A DNA stretch of 64,000 nucleotides from a virus (taxonomy: Duplodnaviria; Caudoviricetes). The notes under the pieces were generated by a model. It made no database searches and was not told the origin of the DNA. It saw nothing but the letters and a program-made list of their open reading frames with translations. Below are positions 19,057 through 29,929 of the stretch, in pieces (position 1 is the stretch's first letter; each line of letters opens with the position of its first letter). Where the stretch lies: IMG/VR virus record IMGVR_UViG_3300032312_001958; one strand, given 5' to 3'. A program made the translations under genes and the position numbers.

Positions 19057-20030
19057 ATTTTAATTGTATAATATTCCATCCAGTAGTCAATCATTTCATC
19101 TAACATACTTTCAAAAGTGTATTCATGTGACCAACTTGTTTTTTCTATCAATTTTGATGAGTCCCCTTTTAAGTCATGTAATTCTTCAGGTCTTAAAAAT
19201 TTCTCATCCTGAGTTACATACTCTCTATAGTCTAAACCTAAAGATGAGAATACGTAATCACAAAGTTCTCTTACTGAGTGTGATACCCCTGTCGAGCAAA
19301 CAAAATCATCTGAATTATCTAATTGTAATATTTGCCACATTGCTTTAACGTAATCTTTAGCATGACCCCAATCACGAGTCGCGTCAAGGTTACCTAATTT
19401 TAATTCATTAGAAAAACCTAATTTTATTTTAACCGCTTCTTTACAAACTTTATTAGTTACAAAATTAGTTCCTCGTCTTGGTGATTCGTGATTAAATAAG
19501 ATTCCATTAGATATGAACATACCATAAGAATTTCTATAATTACGACAAATGTTATAACTAAATACTTTTGCACATCCGTAAGGTGATACTGGATTCATTG
19601 GGGTAGTTTCTCTTTGATAACCATCAGAATCAATTGAATTACCAAACATTTCGGATGATGATGCTTGATAAATTTTAGTATTAGGTTTAATTAATTTCAC
19701 GGATTCAAGTAGATTTAAAGTACCTAAACCAGTAACATTAGATGTGTAGATTGGTTGGTCAAAAGAAATTCTAACGTGAGATTGTGCCGCTAAATTATAT
19801 ATTTCATCAGGCATTACTTTTTGTATTACAGATATTAAAGATGAAATATCAGTTAAATCCGCATAATGTAATTTAACCTTATCATAAACATTCTCTAATC
19901 TTGAGGTTTGATTTTCCGCAACAGAGTTTCTTTTTAATGTACCATGGACTTCGTATCCCTTCTCAAGTAATAGTTCGGATAGGTAAGACCCATCTTGTCC
20001 ATTTATACCTGTTATTAGTGCTTTTTTCAT
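19053..20030 (-). CDS. gmd: GDP-mannose 4,6-dehydratase
   Basis: GINGQDGSYL, AAQSHVRISF, QASSSEMFG, SPYGCAK, NHESPRRG, RDWGHAKDYV. Confidence 0.97.
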   Translation of the reverse strand: MKKALITGINGQDGSYLSELLLEKGYEVHGTLKRNSVAENQTSRLENVYDKVKLHYADLTDISSLISVIQKVMPDEIYNLAAQSHVRISFDQPIYTSNVTGLGTLNLLESVKLIKPNTKIYQASSSEMFGNSIDSDGYQRETTPMNPVSPYGCAKVFSYNICRNYRNSYGMFISNGILFNHESPRRGTNFVTNKVCKEAVKIKLGFSNELKLGNLDATRDWGHAKDYVKAMWQILQLDNSDDFVCSTGVSHSVRELCDYVFSSLGLDYREYVTQDEKFLRPEELHDLKGDSSKLIEKTSWSHEYTFESMLDEMIDYWMEYYTIKI

Positions 20031-20042
20031 ATTTAAATTATT

Positions 20043-20117
20043 TTATAACCACCAAATTGAGGTTTTCCATTCTTCTCTATCAGGATGTTCGTGTACTGAA
20101 AGTTTATCTAAAAATAA
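20043..20117 (-). pseudogene. Start-less coding remnant in frame after a stop codon
   Basis: LFLDKLSVHEHPDREEWKTSIWWL* follows the TAA of the 20118..20726 gene in the same frame. Confidence 0.5.
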
Positions 20118-20726
20118 TTATTTATTTTTTTCGAAAACAGAAAATCCATTTCTTTCGTCTAGTTTATCATAAAGGGTAGTGAAATTATTACTATCTAATA
20201 TTTCTTGTCTTATTTTATTTGTTTTTAAAATATTACTATCATCTAAAACAACAATTCGAGTTCTATCTTTTAACTTTACCCATTCAGGGTAAGTTGTATA
20301 TTCCCCACCATCTAAAATTAATAAATCAATTTTTTCAGGTAATTTATCCAATATATTCTCAGCAGTTTTTAAATAATTCAAATCTTTTTCGTAGTATAGT
20401 TGAGCGTGGGCATCTGATTGAAAATCAATCGTTGAGTGGTCAAACCAATACACGTCGTCTAAATCTATAATTCTACCATTTAATAAATTAACATAAGATG
20501 AATATGGTTCTAAAAATTTTTTAGCAATTTCGTACATTTCTGGATACAATTCTAAGGAATAGAATTCTTTAGTTTCACTTTTATCAATTAAAGACTGTAT
20601 AACGCACATTGTTGAACCTTCTCCATTCCATGTACCTATTTCTACAATTGTTTTAACGTCTTCCCTACTTGATAGATTATATATTAAGTCTCCCCAAGGT
20701 GTGCCTATATTAATTTGACCTGCCAT
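20118..20726 (-). CDS. Class I SAM-dependent methyltransferase-like protein
   Basis: IVEIGTWNGEGST, LLILDGG, VVLDD. Confidence 0.75.
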   Translation of the reverse strand: MAGQINIGTPWGDLIYNLSSREDVKTIVEIGTWNGEGSTMCVIQSLIDKSETKEFYSLELYPEMYEIAKKFLEPYSSYVNLLNGRIIDLDDVYWFDHSTIDFQSDAHAQLYYEKDLNYLKTAENILDKLPEKIDLLILDGGEYTTYPEWVKLKDRTRIVVLDDSNILKTNKIRQEILDSNNFTTLYDKLDERNGFSVFEKNK

Positions 20727-20744
20727 TTTTTAGTATATATTTTT

Positions 20745-21437
20745 TTATTCATTGGATAAGAATTGAGAATACTCATCTTGATTGTCTTTAATCCAATTAT
20801 GTTTGAAATTAAATATAGGATTTTCAGGTAATTCAATTCCTAAGATTGGATAAAATTCTTTTCTTACAAATATCATATTTCCGGTATGACAGACAAATTC
20901 ATATCCTTTTTGCTTCCCTAAATTATACATCGCATAAAAAGATGTATTGAATTCTTTGTCATAGTTATCGTTATTTTGATAATTTTTGAGTGGATTTATT
21001 CCTGAGTTTATTTCAATAATAACAATAATTGGTTTATAATTTTTTAGTGAGTCCCAATATTTATAATCTTCTGAATCAGTATCAATAGATAGTAATGTAA
21101 ATTCTTCAGGTATTGTAGTTTCAGAAAGAATTTGGTCTAAACTATTATTATTTAAATCCACGTATTTATTTATAGGGATTATATTTGGGTATTCTTTTGA
21201 GGTTTCTAATAATTCAATAAATTTACTTTCATCACCTTCAATCATCACAGAATTGAATCCTTCTTTTACTAATTTTAGAGTGTTACTAGCATTTTTTCCG
21301 TCCCAAGCACCAAACTCACAACACCACTTATCTTCTAAATTCAATCGTTTCAAAAGTTCTTCAATAACCCCATCTTCACCGTTTTGAGAGTTTATATTTT
21401 TATTATAGAGTTCATAAAAAAAATTTTCGTATTTCAT
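20745..21437 (-). CDS. FkbM-like methyltransferase
   Basis: SQNGEDGVI, EFGAWDG, LLSIDTDSED, IIEIN. Confidence 0.8.
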   Translation of the reverse strand: MKYENFFYELYNKNINSQNGEDGVIEELLKRLNLEDKWCCEFGAWDGKNASNTLKLVKEGFNSVMIEGDESKFIELLETSKEYPNIIPINKYVDLNNNSLDQILSETTIPEEFTLLSIDTDSEDYKYWDSLKNYKPIIVIIEINSGINPLKNYQNNDNYDKEFNTSFYAMYNLGKQKGYEFVCHTGNMIFVRKEFYPILGIELPENPIFNFKHNWIKDNQDEYSQFLSNE

Positions 21438-21451
21438 AAGTCATCAATTAA

Positions 21452-22072
21452 TTATTTTTTTTTAAAAAAACCTTCACCAAAGTTACCTCCCCACCAAAAT
21501 TGGTCAATACAGGTAAATCCATTGTCATTTAAGAACCTTTGGATATCCTCAAACAAAGGACACCCTTGATATAGTTCATCGGAGTTTATCTCAACAACCA
21601 AATAATCAATATTTTTTAATGTTTTAATTGAGCCTTTAAGTACCTCTAATTCGTAACCCTGAACATCGATATTCATCATATTATATAGAGAATAATCAAA
21701 ATCCAAATCATCCAATCTATCCATCTCAACAACTTCTTTTTTATCAAAAACTATACTCGGAAATTGTCTTGTGTGTAGTTTCGGTTCCAAAATAGATGAC
21801 GACATCCCATTATTATTCGATTCAACGAACATCTCAATTTGTTTTTTTTCATTACCTAAAGCCTTTTTAACTAAAATGGTTCCGTCTTCATTACCAACTT
21901 TTTCAACTAAAGTTCTAAAATTAGAGTTTAGTGGTTCAAAAAAAATTTTATTCTTCGCACCTAATTCATTATATAATTCATTTTCTTGCCCAAAATGGGC
22001 ACCAACGTGAATTACACCTTTTATTTGCACATCGTGTTTCATAATGAAACCTTTAAATTCTAAGTTATTCAT
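21452..22072 (-). CDS. FkbM family methyltransferase
   Basis: HVGAHFGQE, FFEP, IDVQGYELEVLKG. Confidence 0.9.
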   Translation of the reverse strand: MNNLEFKGFIMKHDVQIKGVIHVGAHFGQENELYNELGAKNKIFFEPLNSNFRTLVEKVGNEDGTILVKKALGNEKKQIEMFVESNNNGMSSSILEPKLHTRQFPSIVFDKKEVVEMDRLDDLDFDYSLYNMMNIDVQGYELEVLKGSIKTLKNIDYLVVEINSDELYQGCPLFEDIQRFLNDNGFTCIDQFWWGGNFGEGFFKKK

Positions 22073-22107
22073 ACCATCTTTTTTTTGTTATTTTATTTTT
22101 TTTGATA

Positions 22108-22881
22108 TTAGATTAATTTTCTATCTTCTAAAAATTTATTTCCATAAAGAATATCTTTATGCTTTTCTAAGATTTTCGCAGCATTAGTATACATCAAGTC
22201 ACTATGTAAGTTATGATTTTTCTGTCTTGAGGTCCCCCAATTTAAGTCTGATTCATAATCTATCCAATACAAACCTGAAACTTTATTTAATTCTTTAAAC
22301 GCTCTCATTGAGATGTCCATATCATCATAATGTAACGGGGCGAAATATTCATCTAAATAATTTAATTTAACTACGTCACTATAATCATACATTAAAGGAC
22401 CTCTGTTACCATATTCTCTTGCATAAAAAATATCTCTTTGAGATGAACTTTTTGGTGAGACATCTATATAATTAATTTGTTTTGTATCCTCATTATATAT
22501 GTTATTATGGGCAACAAAAGAAGTAACTGCAAAAACGTCATTAAAATTTTGAAATGGTTTTAACATCCTCAAGTCAAAATCTTTTTCTTTTACAACCATG
22601 TCATCTTGAATTAAAATAACGTAATCGTTTTCAACTAATTTTAATCCTGCGTTATTTGCTTTAGTTTCAAAAACGTCGTCCGTATAAACGTAATCAACCT
22701 TTTTATTATATTTTTTTAAAATATTTTTGGATAAACTTTCACTATTATCCGTACAACCATCAAACACAACAATTATTTGTTCGTTTTTATCCGACAAGTT
22801 ATCTACCAATCCTTGACAAACTTTTTCAATTAAAAAGTCTTTATTATGAACTGTTAATACAGTTGTAATTTTTTTACTCAT
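22108..22881 (-). CDS. Glycosyltransferase family 2
   Basis: VVFDGCTDNS, ANNAG, IQDD, YDDMD. Confidence 0.88.
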   Translation of the reverse strand: MSKKITTVLTVHNKDFLIEKVCQGLVDNLSDKNEQIIVVFDGCTDNSESLSKNILKKYNKKVDYVYTDDVFETKANNAGLKLVENDYVILIQDDMVVKEKDFDLRMLKPFQNFNDVFAVTSFVAHNNIYNEDTKQINYIDVSPKSSSQRDIFYAREYGNRGPLMYDYSDVVKLNYLDEYFAPLHYDDMDISMRAFKELNKVSGLYWIDYESDLNWGTSRQKNHNLHSDLMYTNAAKILEKHKDILYGNKFLEDRKLI

Positions 22882-23549
22882 GGTTTGTATATATTATAAC
22901 TAATTTGATTATCAAAGTAATTAGAAAAATTTAATTTATGTTTAATTATTAAATTTGTTAAAATACTTTGGTCATGTCTGTGGAATTGCCAATTTTCAAA
23001 ATTTTTACCTAATTTAGAATCTTCATCATCTACAATCTGTTTTACACTACAATATTTCAAATATTCATTCATTAAATTAGTGTTATCATCAGTTTTTTTA
23101 ACAATAAAAAACCCAGCTTCAATTTGTGCGGTATTATGGTAGATTTCTGAATCACAATCCATCAATATAAAACAATCTCTTTTAGTGTGATATTTCTGAG
23201 GAGTTCTGTAACCACCCCAGTTACTAAAATAATAATCGTTACTTTGAAAAAAGTCTAAAACATCATTATAGTTTATATTAAGTATGTCTCCCGCGTCAGT
23301 GTAAATTACTATGTCATTTTGTTCTATAATATTAAAAGTATCTAAAATAATCTTAGGTTTCCAAAGCCAATATCCATCACCTACTTTACAATCTAAAACT
23401 TCTTTATTTTCCTCATAAAATTTATCTTTTTTTATATTTTCAGAATGGTATGGTAATACTATAAAACCTTTTTCTTCGTAGTATTTTTTTAAAAAATTTT
23501 CACGAACTCTAAATTTTTCGTTAGTGTAAAAACAAATATATACTTTCAT
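22878..23549 (-). CDS. Putative GT-A glycosyltransferase
   Basis: GYWLWKP, YTDAG, HRHDQSIL, typical of glycan-locus nucleotide-sugar transferase-like proteins. Confidence 0.6.
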   Translation of the reverse strand: MKVYICFYTNEKFRVRENFLKKYYEEKGFIVLPYHSENIKKDKFYEENKEVLDCKVGDGYWLWKPKIILDTFNIIEQNDIVIYTDAGDILNINYNDVLDFFQSNDYYFSNWGGYRTPQKYHTKRDCFILMDCDSEIYHNTAQIEAGFFIVKKTDDNTNLMNEYLKYCSVKQIVDDEDSKLGKNFENWQFHRHDQSILTNLIIKHKLNFSNYFDNQISYNIYKP

Positions 23550-23553
23550 ATTT

Positions 23554-24483
23554 TTAATATTTCATTTCGTTTAATAAAAATTTTACAGCGTTATCATACG
23601 TAGATGTAAAATTATTGTAAAGGTCATAAGATTGTTGAATGTTAAAATTATCCAAGTATTTTTTAATTTCGTACATAAATGAGTCAAAGTCTGACGTATA
23701 TGTATGTTCAGGAATTAACTCATTTTCAGTTTTAATTGGTAAATGTTCATATAAAAATAATCTACACCCATTGGCAGTAGATTCCCCCAACCTAACAGGG
23801 TATTCTAACCAAACAGGAGTGGCGGATTCCGATAAAGTTATTTTACTATTTTTATAATAGTTAAAACATTGTTCGGGACTAATAACTCCAACACTATCCC
23901 AACAATTAGTTAGTACGTTATATTTTTGACTAAGAATACCTAGTGCTCTGTTTACATTAGGTCTATTATTGATGGTACCAAAATAACAAATATCAATATT
24001 TTTTTCAGAAACAAATTCTTCAGGTTTTTCTGATAATGAACAAGGTAAATAACAAAATTTTAAATTTTCAATTGGTTCTGACGAAAAATTTAATAAATTA
24101 ACTCCTTCTTCACCTGACCTCATGTATTCAGGTCCATGATTTGTTACAAAATCATTAACTATTTTTTCATCAAAAATGTTACTTTTATAAGCGCAAATAA
24201 AATTAACATCTCTTCTTTTTTCAGATAATTCCTTCAATTTTGGTATATCAAAACATCCCCAAATAATGTGATGTTTAATATTTATTGTGTTATAGTAATC
24301 TATATTTGATATTAAATAATTTAATGATAACTCTCCAAAAACTATATCGTATGATTTTTTAGTACATTTAGTTATATCTAAAACCCATTCCGTTTCTCCT
24401 ATTTTTGAAAATGCGTTATAAAACCCTTCAATCTTTCTATGATTGAAATTTTCTTTACCTTCACCTAAAATTAATATATTCAT
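23554..24483 (-). CDS. Putative GT-B glycosyltransferase (CgeB-like)
   Basis: DICYFGT, YKNSKITL, RLGESTANGC. Confidence 0.6.
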   Translation of the reverse strand: MNILILGEGKENFNHRKIEGFYNAFSKIGETEWVLDITKCTKKSYDIVFGELSLNYLISNIDYYNTINIKHHIIWGCFDIPKLKELSEKRRDVNFICAYKSNIFDEKIVNDFVTNHGPEYMRSGEEGVNLLNFSSEPIENLKFCYLPCSLSEKPEEFVSEKNIDICYFGTINNRPNVNRALGILSQKYNVLTNCWDSVGVISPEQCFNYYKNSKITLSESATPVWLEYPVRLGESTANGCRLFLYEHLPIKTENELIPEHTYTSDFDSFMYEIKKYLDNFNIQQSYDLYNNFTSTYDNAVKFLLNEMKY

Positions 24484-25712
24484 ATTTTTTCTGATATTTT
24501 TTTTGATTGTATTACATTATCTTCTATTGAACAATAGGTCCATGAACCATACCTACCTATTGAATAAATTCCGTTTGGATTCCACTCGTTTGACCACTTT
24601 TCATATTTTTCATTTGAGTATTTGTTAATATGTACATATGCGGGATTTAAAACCAACATTTTATGTTCTAAAACATTGTGTCCATTAATCAACCCTACTT
24701 TGTTTAAATCGGATAAAACTGACTCAAATAATATTTCTTCATTAACTTCCTCATGTGAGGGTAAGCCAATTTCAACATATATACTCATCTTATCTGTTGA
24801 CATGATATTGTCGTAAAATCCAACTCTGTAAAAAATTTCATCTCCCGGATAATAAATCCAGTGACTATTAACCACTGACGGTTTATCAAACCCTATGTTA
24901 AAAACAACAACTTTGTTATGGTTAAAGTTTTCTGTACTTTCTCCATTAATTTCTAACAATTTTTTAAATGGTATTGTAGATACCAATTTATCAAAGGTGT
25001 ACGAGTTATTATTTGTTTTTAAAATTTTATTTTTTAAATCTATACGATTTACTCTTTCATTAATTTTAATTTTATCTTCAGGAATATCTTTAAGAATTGA
25101 TTTAATAAATTCAAACGCCCCTTCTTTTGGGTAGATAAAATTATCGTTATAAGATTTAAATGATTTACCACCTAATCCACTCATAAATTCATTAAAATTT
25201 ATGTTTGGAAAAAATCTTTTCATACAATCATAATCCAATAAATCTAAATTACATGAATATAATTTTTCATTATATGGGATTATAAATTTGTTTGAAATTG
25301 ATTCTCCTAAGTTACTATAGACATAATCTTTAAAGTTATTCACTTCTTTACTTTTTTCACAAAAAAATAAATCCTTTAAACAATCTATAAATTCTTTTTT
25401 CTCTAATTGATGTATGTTGTATTGAAACGGGAAATCAATGTAACTATTATTATAAAAAATTTTAGATATTTTTTTAACACTTAAAATTTCACATTCAATA
25501 TTTGAAGTTAATTTGTCTTTTATTTCTTCATTATTAAAGTGAAAAAAATGACCTGAGTAATCCCAAACAAAGTTCTCAGTTTTTATTGTTCTACAGTAAC
25601 CCCCAACCTCTTCTTCTGATTCTAAAACTAAATAATCTCTGTCTTTTAAATATGATGCTAAAGATAATCCTGAAATACCTCCACCAATTATTATAATTTC
25701 TTTATGTGTCAT
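24480..25712 (-). CDS. FAD-dependent oxidoreductase, UDP-galactopyranose mutase/HemY-like
   Basis: IIGGGISGL, VGGYC, DYSGHFFH, PYNEK, IGRYGSWTY. Confidence 0.8.
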   Translation of the reverse strand: MTHKEIIIIGGGISGLSLASYLKDRDYLVLESEEEVGGYCRTIKTENFVWDYSGHFFHFNNEEIKDKLTSNIECEILSVKKISKIFYNNSYIDFPFQYNIHQLEKKEFIDCLKDLFFCEKSKEVNNFKDYVYSNLGESISNKFIIPYNEKLYSCNLDLLDYDCMKRFFPNINFNEFMSGLGGKSFKSYNDNFIYPKEGAFEFIKSILKDIPEDKIKINERVNRIDLKNKILKTNNNSYTFDKLVSTIPFKKLLEINGESTENFNHNKVVVFNIGFDKPSVVNSHWIYYPGDEIFYRVGFYDNIMSTDKMSIYVEIGLPSHEEVNEEILFESVLSDLNKVGLINGHNVLEHKMLVLNPAYVHINKYSNEKYEKWSNEWNPNGIYSIGRYGSWTYCSIEDNVIQSKKISEKI

Positions 25713-25713
25713 T

Positions 25714-26487
25714 TTATATTATAATCCAATTTTTATTATAAATGTCTTCAATATCTTTTGGACCTGATGGACCAAACCAAAAACTAGGAGCAATAATTAA
25801 TCCATTATTTTGATTGAGGTAAGACCCCCACCAACTAAAACTACTATTAGATATTATATTATTATCACTTTGTACCATTAAATTTAAATCAAAAATTTCA
25901 GAATTAAACTCAGAAAAAAATATATTGTCTCCTTTAAATTTTTTTTTACACCATTCAATATCATCTGAAATTATAACAAAGATTGAATCCTCAATTTTAT
26001 TCATTGAGACATTATAGTACCCTAAAGGACAAGAAATATGATAGTTAGGATTGTTTAAATAATCTCCTCGTCTAACGTGAACAGATGTTATTTTTTTATT
26101 ATTTCTAATACTATTCAAAAATGAGGTAACTTGGTTTTTGACATCTTCATCAAAATAAAATAGATTTTTAATATCATCTTTATATTCTTCAAAATATTTT
26201 TCACTTTGGAAATATCCGTCTAAATATATATTATTTTTGATTGGTAATTTTGTATAACTAAATTTTGGTTCAAGGTACCCTTCTAATTCTGAAAAATTAA
26301 TTTTTTTGTTAGGTATTTTTTTAAAAAAATTATCTTTATACCTATTTGACTCAAATCCTTGAGCTGGAGTATAACAGTCCTCAAAGTCAAAAAAACAATC
26401 AGTATTTACATCTTTACTTAACGCAAAAGTTGCGGCGATTTGAAACATTTGGTTACCTAATCCACCCTTTAATTTACAACTTATCAT
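25714..26487 (-). CDS. Alpha-1,2-fucosyltransferase (GT11)
   Basis: GGLGNQMFQ, GYFQSEKYF, HVRRGDY, SDDIEWC, NSSFSWW. Confidence 0.93.
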   Translation of the reverse strand: MISCKLKGGLGNQMFQIAATFALSKDVNTDCFFDFEDCYTPAQGFESNRYKDNFFKKIPNKKINFSELEGYLEPKFSYTKLPIKNNIYLDGYFQSEKYFEEYKDDIKNLFYFDEDVKNQVTSFLNSIRNNKKITSVHVRRGDYLNNPNYHISCPLGYYNVSMNKIEDSIFVIISDDIEWCKKKFKGDNIFFSEFNSEIFDLNLMVQSDNNIISNSSFSWWGSYLNQNNGLIIAPSFWFGPSGPKDIEDIYNKNWIII

Positions 26488-27187
26488 ATTTAGTCTTACT
26501 TCTAATTTTTAGGGCAATATCATTAACTAATGATAAATCTATTTTATGGTCATTTAAAGGATTTGTGTCATTATATATGTAATTTATCTCAGGCATAAAA
26601 TGGTAATGTTCTTCCCCTGACATTTCAAGCATCGGAAACATAAATGATAAATCTCCAGTTACTTTCCAATAATTTCCATTCTCATCTTTTAAATCTTCTT
26701 GTTTTATTTTTCTCCATAAAAACGCTCTCCAAGTTCTCATATGAGTCGCGGTAAATCTTGAGTTTCTTAAATCATTAAAATTCTCTTGTCTTTGTGAAAA
26801 ACCGTTAACTCCATTCGGATATTTAAATGACCCGTTTGCAATCCAAACATTTTCATTTTTATATACATTATTAACTCGCTCAAACACTTTAGAATCGGGT
26901 AACCAATCATCACCATCAACCTCTATTACTATTTCATTATCTCCAATATTTGTATAATTTCTTAAAACATTATCGTAATTACCAGGTTGATATAACTTTG
27001 TTTTATTTTCAATCAGAATAAATCTATCATCATTTTTTATTATTTCTTTTATAATATTAACTGAATTATCCGTAGATAAATCATCAGTAATATAACATTT
27101 AAAATCTTTGAAAGATTGTGACATTATACTAAATAGAGATTTTTGAATATAGTTCTCACAATTGTATACAGTTGTTAATATAACCAT
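26474..27187 (-). CDS. Glycosyltransferase family 2
   Basis: YNCENYI, DDLSTDNS, VDGDDW. Confidence 0.9.
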   Translation of the reverse strand: MVILTTVYNCENYIQKSLFSIMSQSFKDFKCYITDDLSTDNSVNIIKEIIKNDDRFILIENKTKLYQPGNYDNVLRNYTNIGDNEIVIEVDGDDWLPDSKVFERVNNVYKNENVWIANGSFKYPNGVNGFSQRQENFNDLRNSRFTATHMRTWRAFLWRKIKQEDLKDENGNYWKVTGDLSFMFPMLEMSGEEHYHFMPEINYIYNDTNPLNDHKIDLSLVNDIALKIRSKTKYDKL

Positions 27188-27189
27188 AA

Positions 27190-27936
27190 TTAAAAAACTT
27201 TAACTCGTTTATTTAAATAGGATTTGTAATCCTCAATATGTTCATTTTCACTCATTAACACATAAAGGGTTAATCCATTTTTTTTATTAAAATCACTTAG
27301 TCTTTCGGCCCTTAATTTTTGTTTGTATAGATGTAAATTAATACCTAAAAATTTATAATGTAACATTTTTAAATCTTCTCCATTATATATTTTTACTTCA
27401 CCAATTGGGTTACAGGTATGGGCTCCAAAAGAATAATTTATTTCTTTTATTTTATTACAGTCAAACATCATCATTTTATCTAACACAGAAGTTCTGACCC
27501 CATATTTAATTTTTTCTAAAAAGTTATCTTCTGAATTTGGACTATACTCTAAATCTGCGACCATATGAAAACCATTTGGTTTAAACAGAGTAAATCCTTC
27601 GTTTTTAGATTTTATTAAAAAATCATTCATATTTGGATGGTATAGGAACTCATCAGAGTCCCCAATAATTACGTAATCTGCAACACCAACACTATTTTTC
27701 CAAACTTGATTTTTAACTAAAACATGTATTCCATCATTAAATTGATTATTAGTTTCAAAGTTAACGACTTCGACATTATTAAATGATTTGGCAACTAAAA
27801 TGCTATTGTCTGTCGAACCATTATCAACAATTGTTATTTTTTCACAAAATGTTGAGTAGTATTTTATTAAATGAGGTAAAATTTCCTCTTCATTAAAACA
27901 TAAAAAAAATGCGTGTACTATAGGTTTTTTATTCAT
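27190..27936 (-). CDS. Glycosyltransferase family 2-like
   Basis: NEEEIL, DNGSTDNS, DSDEF, LHYK. Confidence 0.85.
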   Translation of the reverse strand: MNKKPIVHAFFLCFNEEEILPHLIKYYSTFCEKITIVDNGSTDNSILVAKSFNNVEVVNFETNNQFNDGIHVLVKNQVWKNSVGVADYVIIGDSDEFLYHPNMNDFLIKSKNEGFTLFKPNGFHMVADLEYSPNSEDNFLEKIKYGVRTSVLDKMMMFDCNKIKEINYSFGAHTCNPIGEVKIYNGEDLKMLHYKFLGINLHLYKQKLRAERLSDFNKKNGLTLYVLMSENEHIEDYKSYLNKRVKVF

Positions 27937-29929
27937 TATTCATTAATTTAATCCATTTATCTAAAATTTCTTTGTTTGTTAGAGTTACATCAGGATTATT
28001 AGTTACTTCATTTCCGTAAAATTTAACACCTGTTAACTCACATTCATCTTTAACTAAAGTTGCAACTTCACTGTTAGATGACAAGTATGCTCTACCTATC
28101 ATATCATATATTTCTTGTTTATTTTCTAAAAATCCTTTTAAAACTACTTTATCACTTAATAATGGTCTAACTTTATTTTCAAAATATTCGGTATTAGGTT
28201 CCCCAAAAAGATAAACTTTTTGACACCCATCAGATAACGCCCTTTCAATTGAAACGTGAGTTTGTTTATTTTCATCAAATGAGCCAATAACTCCAGCAAT
28301 TAATTCTAATCCTTTTTTATCTTTTTTAATTAATTTTTGCTTTAAATTAGGGATTATTGAGTATTCTCCATTATATAAGTTATGGTATTCTCTATGACTA
28401 TCATTCAAAAATACCACTTCGTCCCAAAATTGGGTAATTTTTCCAACTTCAAATAAATCCTTTTCGTGACAAGAAAGTATTACTTTTCTTACATTAGGTC
28501 TTGACGGTAAATTTATAAAATGTGTAATTAATATGTCACTTGTGTCAAGTTTTAAATTATCTAATTTATCTGATTTACATTTATTTAAGTGCCAATCATG
28601 GGGACCATAAAATGTTACATCGTAACCTAATTTATTTAATTCGTTTGTTAGATTAATAAAAGCAACTGTAGAACCACCTCGATTAGACCACCCACTTACA
28701 ATTTTTATTTTTTTTATTTTTGGTCTTGGTACGTTAATCGATAACTCTGGAATTTCTATTTTTTCAATATCAATTGAGTAGTATTTAGATAGACTATCTT
28801 TTATCATCTCATCAAATACTACATATTTAATGACACTTGGGTCAATGACAGGAGTTTCTAAAATTTCTTGAAAATCAGTTATTACAGGTATTAATTCAGT
28901 ATTTTGATAAAGTCTACTAATATGATTGTATACTTCTTTTTTATTAAAAATAATTAAGTCAAAACTAACATCTTTAATTTTATATAATGTATTTGGTTTT
29001 GAAACTTCTTTAACATTTCCTGAATTAAAAATCCATTTCCCGTCCCCAATTCTTAAACCTGGAGGTTCATTAATTGAGGTAAAATTAATCTTATTTCTTA
29101 AAGTTTCCTCTATGGTTTCTGGTTTAATATTTGAAGAAACTGTTATGTTATAATTGTCATTTAGTAATTGATTAACAACTAAATAAAAATACTTTTCAAA
29201 ATCTTTAGACTCAAAAGTGTCAAAACATATAATGGCCCTTAAAATTTCTCCTTTTCTTCTTACTTTTTGTAAAGTTACAGGTAAATTATCTTTATATTTT
29301 TCAGAAAATTGAATTCTGTTTTTTTCCCATTTGTCATTTGTCATTCCAATTGATTTGTGGTTAACCCTAATTAAAGTAGTTACACCATTTTTCACTCCCG
29401 ATATAAAATTTTCAAAACAAAAAGACACGTCATAAAAATGAAACCCCTCAAATTCAATATCAAATTCTTTTTTAATTTTTGTTTTGTCAATACCAAAAAA
29501 TAATCCATCAACAACTATAGTCTCTTCAATAACTTGATTTAAATCAGGTGAATATTCTGATAACCAAGTTTTACCTTCATGGGTATGTAAAACTTTACCA
29601 TACATTTTTGACCTATCTTCCCACCACATACCACTTTGAGGAATGTGTTTAGTACCGGCAACTCCAATAATACCAAATTCAGGGTTTCTTAAAAATAACT
29701 TAACTAATTTTTGTCCCCATTGTTTTGTTTCAACTGTAATATCATCATGACAAAAAACGATAATATCATTTTCTGATTCTTGTAAGATTTCGTTATAAAC
29801 AGTTGTTAAACCCTTTTCACCATTATTAACCTTTTCAATAATTTGAGCCTTAGGAAACCCACAAGATTTTTTAAGATATTCTTGAAATTCAGGGTCACTT
29901 TTTCTTGTACTATATCCAATTGTTATCAT
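27929..29929 (-). CDS. Multidomain glycosyltransferase (GT2-like N-terminus, GT4-like C-terminus)
   Basis: FCHDD, IIGVAG, VDGLF, FHFYD; then RGGST, GSFDENK, LSSNSE. Confidence 0.8.
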   Translation of the reverse strand: MITIGYSTRKSDPEFQEYLKKSCGFPKAQIIEKVNNGEKGLTTVYNEILQESENDIIVFCHDDITVETKQWGQKLVKLFLRNPEFGIIGVAGTKHIPQSGMWWEDRSKMYGKVLHTHEGKTWLSEYSPDLNQVIEETIVVDGLFFGIDKTKIKKEFDIEFEGFHFYDVSFCFENFISGVKNGVTTLIRVNHKSIGMTNDKWEKNRIQFSEKYKDNLPVTLQKVRRKGEILRAIICFDTFESKDFEKYFYLVVNQLLNDNYNITVSSNIKPETIEETLRNKINFTSINEPPGLRIGDGKWIFNSGNVKEVSKPNTLYKIKDVSFDLIIFNKKEVYNHISRLYQNTELIPVITDFQEILETPVIDPSVIKYVVFDEMIKDSLSKYYSIDIEKIEIPELSINVPRPKIKKIKIVSGWSNRGGSTVAFINLTNELNKLGYDVTFYGPHDWHLNKCKSDKLDNLKLDTSDILITHFINLPSRPNVRKVILSCHEKDLFEVGKITQFWDEVVFLNDSHREYHNLYNGEYSIIPNLKQKLIKKDKKGLELIAGVIGSFDENKQTHVSIERALSDGCQKVYLFGEPNTEYFENKVRPLLSDKVVLKGFLENKQEIYDMIGRAYLSSNSEVATLVKDECELTGVKFYGNEVTNNPDVTLTNKEILDKWIKLMNNE

